Positions 10,452-20,730 of a DNA stretch of 64,000 nt are shown piece by piece. Below the pieces are notes generated by a model that was not told the origin of the DNA, made no database searches, and saw only the letters and a program-made list of their open reading frames with translations. The translations under genes were made by a program, and so were the position numbers. Each line of letters opens with the position of its first letter. Position 1 is the first letter of the stretch. This stretch comes from Desulfatiglandales bacterium (GTDB lineage: Bacteria; Desulfobacterota; DSM-4660; Desulfatiglandales; Desulfatiglandaceae), in contig OY759599.1 of NCBI GenBank assembly GCA_963662465.1, positions 4,480,001-4,544,000 of the forward strand, read 5' to 3'.

Positions 10452-13400
10452 TTACTTCACATTGATCATTTCGGATTTCAAAGACCCGCTCGATGCCTTA
10501 ATGGTCGTTGGACCGGGGGCATCAATAATGGTCATATTGGGCGCCTGATGATCATATTCGTTTGAATCGTACCCCCCTTTGATCAAAATTGATCTGCCGC
10601 CGCTCGCGCTTAAGGACTCCTCATAGGTTCCGCCTTTGACCTTAATGACCGATCCGGTCACGGCATCATCGATGGCATCCTGGATTTTGCGGTAGCAGGG
10701 TGTTTTAGTTCCGCAGTCGCCATTGCTGCTGACGTAGAAAGTGCCGGAGTAGGTTGGGTTTGTTTCAGCACCAAAAACGCCTGAAACATAGATCTGATAA
10801 AAATGGTAACCGTCTTCAACCGGTATGGTCACAACCTTTTCCGTCTCGCCGTTTTCGAGTACTACAGTCCCGGCATAGCGACTGACAATTTCAGTTCCTG
10901 TGTTGCTCTCTATATTCATGGTTATCGTTACAAACACAGCCCCTGAGCTGCCCTGAACTCGATTAACAGGAACCGACACGGAGCGGTTTCCGTTATTGAC
11001 CTGCTCGACAGGTGTCCCCAGATTGACCGTACCCGCTGGGCCCTCTTTAATCCACCGGTAGCCTTTGGACTGCACGCCTTCCTGGCTTTCAATCCCGTTG
11101 GTGTTCACCGATTTGACCATCCATCTGTACTCCCCGGCCTCCGAAATCCAGTCTTTATAAATAAAGGTGCCGGCATTAACCGTGTTTAGGAACTGAAAAC
11201 CTGAACCGGCGTCCCGGTATATCCTGAAGCCGGAAAGTGTGTTGCTCTGAGGGGGATCCCATCTAAGTTCAACTGAATTTCCATCCTGGTAACATGTCAG
11301 CCCCGTCGGTGGCGCCGGCTTTCCATCATACAGTGCCGGTCCCGCATATACCGGTGCGGCGCTGTCCCCCAGAATACTGTATGCCGCAAGGCGATACCAA
11401 TATTGTTTTCCAGCCGTTACCTTCTTATCCAGGTAACCGGATTGGCAAAGATACTGCCCATTAAGAAGATCTTCCCATAGACCGCCTGAGGCCTCGCTCC
11501 TCTCCAGCTTCCAGAAGACGGTGGCAGGCCAGCTATCATCAAACAAAACCCGAATACCCTGATATTCCGCCTGCAATTGCAGATTCGCAGGTGTGACAAG
11601 TGGCAAACCATACTCCCTGGTCGCCTCTACCATCTGAATCGAATTGGACCAATCGCTTATCTCTCCGCCGGTATATACCGACCTGACTCTGTACCAGTAT
11701 GGCGCAGTCGGCGTCTCACCCGTCCAGTCATCGAGCCATACCGGCTGGGGATACCGTTGTTGGCCAATCAGAACAAAAGGGCCGTTTTCCGATTCACTTC
11801 TTTCTAAATCATAACCCGCAATATCCGGATAATTCGAAGGGGACCAGCGTAAGACCGTTTTCTTTGCCGCGGAATAGGCCAAAGCCTCGATCCTGTCGGG
11901 AGGAGCGGCAAAGGCATCTTCTGCAACATTCAATGTGGCGGATATTTGGTGACGAACAGAACGATTCGCCTCCATTAAAAAACCTTCCAGAAGATTGCTG
12001 CCGGCATGAAAAGCAAGAGATTCCGGCACAGGCACCTCAACAGTGTTGTTCCCTATTTCCCCATGATTGGTGATGAGCGTACCATTCAGCCTGATTTCCA
12101 GATAGTCACGGTTGATGGGACAATCCGTAGTGTAGAGAGGAGAATCATAACTAAGCCAGAGATCCGGAGTTCGAGTATGAATCTCACTACCATCGGCCGG
12201 GCTCCAGCGTGCCGAGAGGCCCATCCAGAGATTATTAATGGTATACCCTTCGGTGCCGGGAGTGGAAATATAAGCGTCGCTTCGGGCCATGTCGCCCACG
12301 GTACTGCTTCCTTCTGGCAGGGTCGCTTGTGCGGTTCCGCCTGCATCCAGAGATACCATCCCCTTAACGGGGGTAACCAGTATCTTGTCATCGGGGAACA
12401 AATTGACAACGGTATACGATTCCTGATTTGACAGGGAAGAGGTATCGGCATCTGCTGAGCGCAAAAGAGCGTTCTGAGGTGCACGACTGTCCCCGACCTT
12501 TTTGAGTATATAATTCGTGCCATTTTCGGCAGCTTTGTTGAACACCCAATTCGCCACGCTGCCAGAACCGGGTGCAACCACGTTAGCGATCGCCTCACTC
12601 AGACCATCAATAAGTACAACTTTGCCATATCCTCTAGGGTCATTCTGAACATTGTAAGCCAGATTTTTTAGCTTAAAAAAGATTGAAGAACGCTCTAAAA
12701 CAATACCCCCTTCGATTTTGCCTAAAACGATTCTGGTGCCCCACTGTGAGTCTGGGACCCCCACTGACTGGCCATTGCAAAAACGAACGGACAAAGGTCC
12801 ACCAATGACTTCAAGCGCATCTCCCGGAAAGAGCTTCTCATTTACCTCCAACTCTCGAGGGTCTATAAACCCATTTACTCTAGACATCAGCTTCACCACG
12901 GGATTAACTCTGGTGGCCCGGGCGAATGGAAGACTGACGAATGTGCCGAGGTTTCCGGATTTATTACCATCTTTAGCGCTAATCTTTATCTCACCGTTGA
13001 TGTTTCCGTAGGTATCGGTATCCGACGTCAATAGGGCCGTCATATTGAAATGGGCGTTTTTAAAATTGGGACCCCAATCTGTAAAAGCAAAATAAAACGG
13101 CCCGGCATCATCTATGGTCGCCGAGAAATTAGATACGTCCTTATATTTAACGTTTAGGCCGTCATTTCCAAATCCATCGATTTCCTTGACACTAATGCTA
13201 AGTTGCTGATCTTTATCGTAAGAAGAGGGAACGGTACCGGCATAGACCATTAACTGCTCTCCCATGATCAAATGATCATCGAAAGTTGCACTTTTATTCG
13301 GATCTTGATTGGGATGCGAATAATCTGTATAATTTACTAAACCGTTTATATTAAGTTTAAAGGTATATTTGTGCACCCATGGTTTCGAAGGATCAGGCGC

Positions 13401-13862
13401 AACTGGGCAAAGCGAATTGACTCCGACCTCAACTGCATAACTATACTCAGAGAGCGCTTCCCACTCATTTTTAATATCGTCTCCTGTTGGATTCAAAGTG
13501 AAGCTTTCTATTCCCCCACTTCCCTCTGGACCCGTGAATTCAGCTGTAACGGTTATCGTTATCTGAGGTCCTTTATCCGGGTCCTGTCCAAGTTCTCCGG
13601 GCTCAAAGGTCATTATGTGGTTATAAATATGCGCGCCTCCATAATTAATATCCGAAGACCAGTAGTGACTGGTGTCGGGCGTGACCTCAACAGTCAGGCT
13701 AACGTATCTGCCTTCTCCGCCTTCTAGGGTGTAGGTCAGAGCGCAAACAGCCTCAGGACGGAATAAAAAACACCCCTGTACAATGAAAAGAAGAAGAATG
13801 GAAATTAAGAATAGCGAAAAGACTTTTTCTGTTTGAGCATCGATCAACGGGTATGGTTTCAT
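10452..13862 (-). CDS. Large secreted protein with fibronectin type III-like repeats and a conserved C-terminal domain
   Basis: N-terminal hydrophobic signal-like segment. FN3-like units (TVLRWSPS...YWYRVRSV; PPTGL...VELRWDPP...YRWMVKSVN). C-terminal YVSSNGDCGTKTPCYRKIQDAIDDA. Confidence 0.8.
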   Translation of the reverse strand: MKPYPLIDAQTEKVFSLFLISILLLFIVQGCFLFRPEAVCALTYTLEGGEGRYVSLTVEVTPDTSHYWSSDINYGGAHIYNHIMTFEPGELGQDPDKGPQITITVTAEFTGPEGSGGIESFTLNPTGDDIKNEWEALSEYSYAVEVGVNSLCPVAPDPSKPWVHKYTFKLNINGLVNYTDYSHPNQDPNKSATFDDHLIMGEQLMVYAGTVPSSYDKDQQLSISVKEIDGFGNDGLNVKYKDVSNFSATIDDAGPFYFAFTDWGPNFKNAHFNMTALLTSDTDTYGNINGEIKISAKDGNKSGNLGTFVSLPFARATRVNPVVKLMSRVNGFIDPRELEVNEKLFPGDALEVIGGPLSVRFCNGQSVGVPDSQWGTRIVLGKIEGGIVLERSSIFFKLKNLAYNVQNDPRGYGKVVLIDGLSEAIANVVAPGSGSVANWVFNKAAENGTNYILKKVGDSRAPQNALLRSADADTSSLSNQESYTVVNLFPDDKILVTPVKGMVSLDAGGTAQATLPEGSSTVGDMARSDAYISTPGTEGYTINNLWMGLSARWSPADGSEIHTRTPDLWLSYDSPLYTTDCPINRDYLEIRLNGTLITNHGEIGNNTVEVPVPESLAFHAGSNLLEGFLMEANRSVRHQISATLNVAEDAFAAPPDRIEALAYSAAKKTVLRWSPSNYPDIAGYDLERSESENGPFVLIGQQRYPQPVWLDDWTGETPTAPYWYRVRSVYTGGEISDWSNSIQMVEATREYGLPLVTPANLQLQAEYQGIRVLFDDSWPATVFWKLERSEASGGLWEDLLNGQYLCQSGYLDKKVTAGKQYWYRLAAYSILGDSAAPVYAGPALYDGKPAPPTGLTCYQDGNSVELRWDPPQSNTLSGFRIYRDAGSGFQFLNTVNAGTFIYKDWISEAGEYRWMVKSVNTNGIESQEGVQSKGYRWIKEGPAGTVNLGTPVEQVNNGNRSVSVPVNRVQGSSGAVFVTITMNIESNTGTEIVSRYAGTVVLENGETEKVVTIPVEDGYHFYQIYVSGVFGAETNPTYSGTFYVSSNGDCGTKTPCYRKIQDAIDDAVTGSVIKVKGGTYEESLSASGGRSILIKGGYDSNEYDHQAPNMTIIDAPGPTTIKASSGSLKSEMINVK

Positions 13863-14689
13863 AATCCGATATATCCCCTCTGTTTGACTTTAGGCTACGC
13901 CTGTAAAAGTTATAATTACCTTGCCTCCTGAGGGGCAAACTTGAGTTGTCCGTATTGGCTTATTAATATTGTGGAGCTTCTGACCCTTGCGCCTCAGTTT
14001 CTTGGTATTTTACATATTTGCGTTTCATTTCTGTATCCAAACCAACAGCAACAACACACTATCTTCTAGCCCAATTAATTTCGGCAATAGGGTGCTACGC
14101 AAATTTTTCGTCCAGATGGTTGAAGCCGGCACATCTAGCAGGAAATTTTCAAGGAAAATTGGGCAATCCAGAGACTGCTGCCTCGAACACAAGCTGATCG
14201 GCTGAGTTAACGGCATTCTGACGAGGAATGGAATCACGAAACTTATTCAGGGGGGGACGAGTAAAGTTCTTTAGCTTTGGAAAGTTTGAGGTGAATGGAT
14301 TTGCAGATATACTGATGAAAGATATAAAACGATCAGTCGAAAAAACTTGGCAGGAATTTAACAACAAAAATATTTGATTGAAAGAATTATTGTCTTCGTG
14401 ATCAGGATAAGCAAAGCCAATAGTGACAATGGAAAATATGGGTATAAAAAAAAGTATTACCCGTTTATGACTAATATTCATTGTAAATTTCTATTTGAGA
14501 TGGATGAGACATAGGTTATCAGATTTTGGTTATAGATAATTATCTATTTCAGTCAAGGAGTTGTGTTGTATGTATTATGTTAATTAATCCAGGGTAACGC
14601 CTCGGCTGTGCCGGAGGTACAGTGAATTGATTTGCAAAAATTTTATCTTTCCGAAATCCAAACATTTGGGCATTTGGACACGCCCGGAA

Positions 14690-15170
14690 CCTGCCGCATG
14701 CCTTACTTATCCTTAAGACCCAGCAGATCACAAAAGCATGGATGAAGTTCTTATCACCCCTACATACAGAGGTCAATCAATTTGCCAACAAATCGTTTGC
14801 GGTCGGGGTTACGTGTATCATCTTTCACCGCAACGCCAAGAAAATCGTTCAAGGCTGACAGATCAATCTTACACTATTTCCCCATGAAATCAAACGAATG
14901 CTGCATATAGGAAGTCTTCACTTTTCGATTAACAGTCTGAAAAGGGCGCGACCACAATATGTAGTGGCATTGGGTAATAAGAGAAATGGCAAATTCAATC
15001 TTTACTCGGATGAGATATTGAACTCATATCACAACGTGGTCTTTGGTTGTGGTACGTTGGAGTAACCTGTAGGTCTTGCGTGATCCAAAACATGCATCTC
15101 TGGAACCTCAGTTTACCCCGTTCCCGATGATGATATCTCAAGTATCCGGCTTCCAAAAATTGGATCAAAC
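14690..15170 (+). repeat. Non-coding repeat, joined blocks A+B
   Basis: A part: ggttacgtgtatcatc...aaaatcgttcaaggctgacagatcaatcttacac (14807-14874). B part from catatagg (14904) through atgtagtggcattgg...tgagatattgaactcatatcacaac to gatgatatctca, colinear with 20453-20700. Confidence 0.85.
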
Positions 15171-15184
15171 GGATGTGCCAAGAA

Positions 15185-18100
15185 TTACTTCACGGTCAAC
15201 GTACTCCCATCCATCTTCCAGTATAACCCTGATGGGTCATAGGGATTGGAATAGAATTTCAGGGTGAATCCATATTGATTGCCATTGTACGAAACACAGT
15301 CCAAGGGGATACTCAGGTCTGTGCCAATTGGTATGCAATAAGTACCCGTTCCTGTCGTCAATGTTCCCATGACCAACTTCCAATAGTAGCCGGAGGGGTC
15401 ATCGGGATGGCGGTAGAAATCAAGCATAAAGCCGTATGGATTTCCATTATAATCGACACAATGAACATTGATGCCTAAACCAGCGCCAACTGCAAGACAA
15501 TCTGTATTTCCAGGTACAGTAACCGATGTTTGGTACGGTAGCGATAGAATCCCTTTGCGATCACGGGCAAAGACAGCTACGTTGTAAATCCCCTGAGTAG
15601 TAAATCCGTTATAAGTGCCACTGTAGCAGTCGTTTCCAACGGCAATCAAGTTGATCGTTGGCAGATCAGTTACGGGATTATCGGGAGACCCACTGGAATA
15701 GTTGGGGGCTTTGATGACTGCAAATACTTCCTGAATGCCATCCGCATCCACTACGTTTTTGGCTTGGATAAATGCGGATGTTTCACCTCCTAAAAGTGTT
15801 TGAGGCGCAGATACATCCTGAATGCTAGGAATATCACCTGCTGTTTTGGTTTCATTGCCAATCTTGATGATGTTAGCAATCTCTTGATCCGCCTTTTCGT
15901 TTCCCACGCCGTTAGCGTTGGCCTCAAGCAGTGGATTTTGTTTGTCGTTGTAGGTGGTCTTGACGCAGTTTTTGGCGATGACGAAGGAATCGTAGAAGGT
16001 GCTGCCGTTAAACAGCTGAGCGAAAAACTGGAAACCAAAGGATAAACTCCCGTCCACTTCAAAAATAGCGGGTTCATTTGGGGATGTGCTCGTGGCCAAG
16101 ATTCTCGTTTTTCCGGCGGGGGGAAGCAAATAGGAGACAAAGCTGCCGGAATGGCACCCATCGTAAAGGATGGTGATGAAATCAGTGATGCTTTGCTGTG
16201 CGGAATCCAGCCAGGAATCCAGAAGCGATGCCTCCAGCATTTCATATTCCCCCATACGAAATGTCCCTTCGCCCCCATGACCCACCATGTAAATAACCAG
16301 ACTGTCCGCATCAGACGCCCAGGTTTTAAGGGCGTACTCAAAATTAGCATTGGTTGCATCGCCATCAACGTCCGGGTAACCGTCGTTGTCCAGATCCACG
16401 TCCGTGTCGGAGGAGAGATAATATATGGTATCTCTTGTATAACCTTGGTATGAAAGTGCTCGGTAGGCATAGTTGGCACACATCTGAGTCGCATCCCAGA
16501 GGGTGTTGGTGGAGTATGGACCACTTCCGGCAACAATGATGGCTTTGTTGGTGGGGCCGGTAGTGAACGGTTTGAAAACCTTAACACGGTCGCAACCGGG
16601 ATCCGAAAAATTCAACTTGCCTTGCGAGTTTATAGCAAAATTATAGGACAGACCTAAATCTCCAGGCCCCTGACCTTCTGACCAGAGAAACTTTGAAATG
16701 AAGGTTCCATCAGATGAGAATACCTGCATACGTCTGAGGCTGAATTGGTCGTCCATGCCTATTAATTCAGGACAAAGCATATCCAAAACATAGATGCCCC
16801 CCGCGTTACCGATTGCAATATCCTTAACCTCTAGAAATTTCCCATCCCCAGCACCAAAGCTACCCCATTTGCTGATAAACTCCCCGGACGAAGTGAATTT
16901 TTGAATGCGAAAATTATTGGGATCTGTCACATAGACATTGTCTTCCGCGTCTAAAGCTATGGCGGCGCCGTGGACATCAAAGGCGAATTGACCGTCACCA
17001 GTTCCCGTACCTCCCCATTCGGTGACAAACTCTCCTGACGATGTAAACTTTATAATCCGTTCGTTCGAGCTAAATATATATACATTTCCAACGCTATCTG
17101 TTGCTATGGAACTTGCGTAAAAGGCGCCAATATCGGCCTGGTCCAACTTAAGAGACTCTCCTGACGATGTAAACTTTTGGATGCATCCGCTTGCCGCATA
17201 GACATTTCCAAAAACATCTATTGCTAGATCAAGAGGGTAATCGCCGCTAATGCTCCATTTAAGCAGGAACTTCCCTGAAGGCGTGAATTTTTGTACACGG
17301 CTATTTCCATATCCATAGTCAGCTACATAGACATTGTCAGCATTGTCTATTGCTATGCCAAGAGGATAATCAAATTGGCCATCTTCGATGCCTGCACTAG
17401 CCCACTTTGTCAAAAAATCACCTGTTGATGAGAACTTTTGGATTCGACTGTTCCCGAATTCAGCCACATAAACGTTTCCGGTATCATCTGTAGCCAAGCC
17501 CATGGCCCAATAAAATTCACCATCTCCGAAACCACCGCTCCCCCATTTGGTTATAAACTCTCCAGTGGATGTGAATTTTTGAATAAAGGACTCCTGAGAT
17601 ACATAAATGTTTCCCTCATTGTCTATTGCTATGCCCTTTACGTTATTGAGTTCGCCATCACCATAACCAAAGTTGCCCCATTTGGTAATAAATTCCCCGT
17701 TGGATGAAAATTTCTGTATTCGGGGGTTTATGGAATTGAGTGCAGATACATACCCATTATCAGCTACATACACATTGTTTTCATACATACCATTTGGTAA
17801 TAAATTCCCCGTTGGATGAAAATTTCATTCGGGGGTTTATGGAATTTGCAGATACATCATTATCAGCTACATACACATTGTTTTCAGCATCTACGGCAAT
17901 GCCCCACGGAGAACAGAATTCTCCGTCTCCGCTCCCTTCACTTCCCCATTTCGTGATAAAATCCCCTGAGGACGTAAATTTCTGGATGCGGTCGTTTCCG
18001 GCGTCGGCAACATACACGTTGCCCATATTATCTATAGCTATGGACTGAGGATAATCGAATTCCCCGTCACCGGTTCCATAACTGCCCCATTTGTTGATGA

Positions 18101-18344
18101 AAGTGCCCGATAGTGTAAATTTTTGGATACACTCATTATAAGTGTCCGCAACATAAACATTTCCAGAAGCATCTATCTCGACATCGCTGGGATTCTGAAA
18201 ATACCATGGCTGCTCCAGCACCGGCCACATCCGCTCAAATACGTATTCTTCCGCTGCTGAATTGCTAACAGAAATGATGCTTAGAAGCAGAAAACCCAAA
18301 AACAAGAAAACTGTGGATTGTCGATGATTGTTTCCGTATTTCAT
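15185..18344 (-). pseudogene. Secreted NHL-repeat beta-propeller plus peptidase C13/caspase-like (clan CD) protein, split at about 17785 by a duplication-associated frameshift
   Basis: Signal peptide, many IAID.GNVYVAD.RIQKF..G.F..KWG repeats, then NKAIIVAG...VGHGG...YDGCHSGSF. The two ORFs (197 aa and 867 aa) overlap at a ~100-bp duplicated segment. Confidence 0.85.
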
Positions 18345-18539
18345 TCTTCCATCCGTGAAAGTAGATTTTCTCAAAATTACACCACCACATGGTGATTCGT
18401 CACAAAAAAATGAACCTAATTTTCGATTTCTGCATTATCATATACAAACCTTGAACAGGGTGAAGAGTCAACAATGCGAAGATTATGTGAGTCATTGATA
18501 TATCGACTTGCAATCACAAGCAAATCAGAACGGCAAGAC

Positions 18540-18960
18540 CTTGTGAGCTGCCTTACACCCTTGGAAACAGCAGTTTCCTCGGACTAGAAAATATTTCAGC
18601 CGCCCCCTGCCTCACTTTCATGCCAAAAACCAAATATTATGGGAATCACAAAAGTTGAGATATCATAAAACTAGAACCCTGTGACTAACGCTGTAAGTTC
18701 TTCTGACACCTCAGGTTTGCCCGCAGTACAGGTTAATTGAGATAATCACCAGGATTCAACACCCTCAAAACCTTGTGATATCAATTACATATCTGTAAGT
18801 GTCCTCAGATTGCAGATTCTTAATCGAAAAATTTTACCACCACAACATATGGGGGTCAACCCATTTTCCCACTATCCGGTCACAGAAAAAGGTTACGTGC
18901 ATCAATCCTCACCCCAACACCACCAAAATCGTGCAAGAATGCCAGATCAATCTTACACCA
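18540..18960 (+). repeat. Non-coding repeat block A (longest copy)
   Basis: Anchors gagatatcat (18657), ccctcaaaaccttgtgatat (18763), ccacaacatatggggg (18839) and tacgtgcatcaatc are colinear and near-equally spaced with 22913, 23017, 23094 and 23149. Confidence 0.85.
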
Positions 18961-19059
18961 TCTGCTTCTGTAGGATAAAACATGATGCGGTAGATCGACA
19001 TTCCCCATGGGGTAAATCAAGTCGACCGCTGAAAATGTATGCAGTTTCCCTGCGAAATC

Positions 19060-19333
19060 CTAAACCGCCTCTTTCAGCTTCTTCCCTGCTTTAAATTTAA
19101 CGGCATTAGATGTCTTGATCTTGATCGGTTCTCCGGTACTCGGGTTTCGACCTTTCCGGGCTTTACTGTGGATTTTTGAGAATGTACCGAATCCAATCAC
19201 GGTTACTTTTCCATCCTTTTTCTTCAGCTCTTTCGTAATACTGTCGATAAATGAATTTAGCACCGCATTGGTAGCGGATTTGCTGATGTCTGCATCTTTA
19301 GCCATTTGCCCGACCAGTTCAGCTTTACCAATA
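19060..19333 (-). CDS. hup: HU-family DNA-binding protein (no canonical start at the expected position)
   Basis: KAELVGQMAKDADISKS...VTVIGFGTFS...ARKGRNPSTGEPIKI...VKFKAGKKLKEAV. Confidence 0.85.
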
Positions 19334-19469
19334 TGTAATATGTAGTAATCTTGACCGCCAACAACCTGACTCAAATTGAATATTTAACTCAGAAGTTGTA
19401 ACTTTAACCAATAGGATATGTTGAGGTCAATTCATTTTTTATTAACCCTCAAAAAACGGGAGGTGCACT

Positions 19470-20305
19470 ATGGAACTGTTGGAGGCCACGAATTTTTTTT
19501 TGATTATCAGAGAATGAATTCCAAAAAAAGCACATTGAAAAACTATGAGTTCGTTCTAACCAGATTCGAACACCATTTCGGCAACATTGAGTTGTCATCC
19601 GTAACCACAAAAAATGTCCTTTTTTTTCTCACAAAGATATCCAAAGAGACGAAGCAGTCAACTAAAAAACTCCGTTACTCCCTCCTGTCGACCTTTTTCA
19701 ATTTTATCAAGACCTCTTTCGACCCCAAAATTCAAAATCCTTGTGATTCCCCTACACTGAAGAACCTTTTCAAAGTCCAGAAACCGATCCATTGGAAGAT
19801 TTTGGAAAAAGACGTTGTGGATGAAATCATCTTCAGAACGGAAGACATCAGAAACCGTCTCATGCTCGAACTTATGGGACGTGGTGGCATGAGAGTAGGA
19901 GAAGTTCTGAAACTCACACCTGCTGACGTTGAAGACAGGAAGATATTCATCCGCGATCCCAAAAGCGGAAAAGAAATGGAGGTCGTTTTCATCCCCAAAA
20001 AAGTAGCTGACAGACTCAAGGAGTACATCCGAGAGAAAAGAATTCAGTCTGGTGAAAGAATTTTCCCTATAAGCTACTCCGCTGCGAGGATTGTTGTGAT
20101 GAAAGCCGGTAAGTTGGTTGGTGTCAGATTGAGGCCGCATGATCTGAGAAGGCATGCCGCAACTTTTGCCTCCCGGGCTGGAACTCCTTTGGAGATTGTC
20201 AGCAAGATCATCCTCCGCCATTCCAACCTGTCGACCACTCAAAGATATTTGGGAAAAGTCAGTGATATGGAGACCATGAGATGGATTGACAATATTCATG
20301 GATAA
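19470..20305 (+). CDS. Tyrosine recombinase/integrase (XerC/D-like); -1 frameshift in a T9 run just after the likely start
   Basis: Catalytic R (GMRVGE), K (PKSG), HxxR (PHDLRR), H (LRHS) and Y (TQRY). RBS ggaggt plus ATG at 19470 reads into the main frame only if the T run is 10 long. Confidence 0.9.
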
Positions 20306-20449
20306 AAGAGAAAAAGCCGGGTTGAGAGGCAAAACACCTCAGCCCGGAACCGTGAAGATTTGATCTGCCATCCTTTTCCATGCTGCACCAAAAAAAAGGG
20401 TCCCAGCCAGGTGCTTTCCCAGACCTCCGAGCTCCAGATCTGACAGCAT

Positions 20450-20730
20450 ATTCATATAGGTATTGTTCACTTTTGGATTAACAGCCTGAAAAGGACTCGA
20501 CCAGATGTAGTGGCATTGGATAATGAGAGAAATGGGAAATGCAATCTTGCTCGGATGTGATATGTGGTTCATATCACAACCCGGTAGTTGCCTGATATAC
20601 GTTGGAGATATACCCGGTCTTATGTCATCCAAAAAACTGTCAATTTCATGCGTCTCTCGACACTCCGAACAACCCCTCCCAATGATGATATCACAACCAT
20701 TCGACTGCGAGACATCTATGGTTGATATCA
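20450..20730 (+). repeat. Non-coding repeat block B (full copy) downstream of the integrase
   Basis: Contains TGTGATAT-gtggttc-ATATCACA (20556-20578) and tacgttggag...tgtcatccaaaaaac...atgatgatatcaca. It abuts the stop codon of the next gene. Confidence 0.88.

Noticed and set aside
14149..14481. Small AT-rich ORF with a hydrophobic N-terminus and TRPP, as a possible ribosome-arrest leader for the FN3 gene
   Set aside because: The motif is not a canonical RAPP/RGPP and is not terminal. There is no independent support.
14597..14620. Hairpin cctcggctgtgccggagg as an IS200/IS605 end
   Set aside because: It is a single short copy with no tnpA or tnpB nearby.
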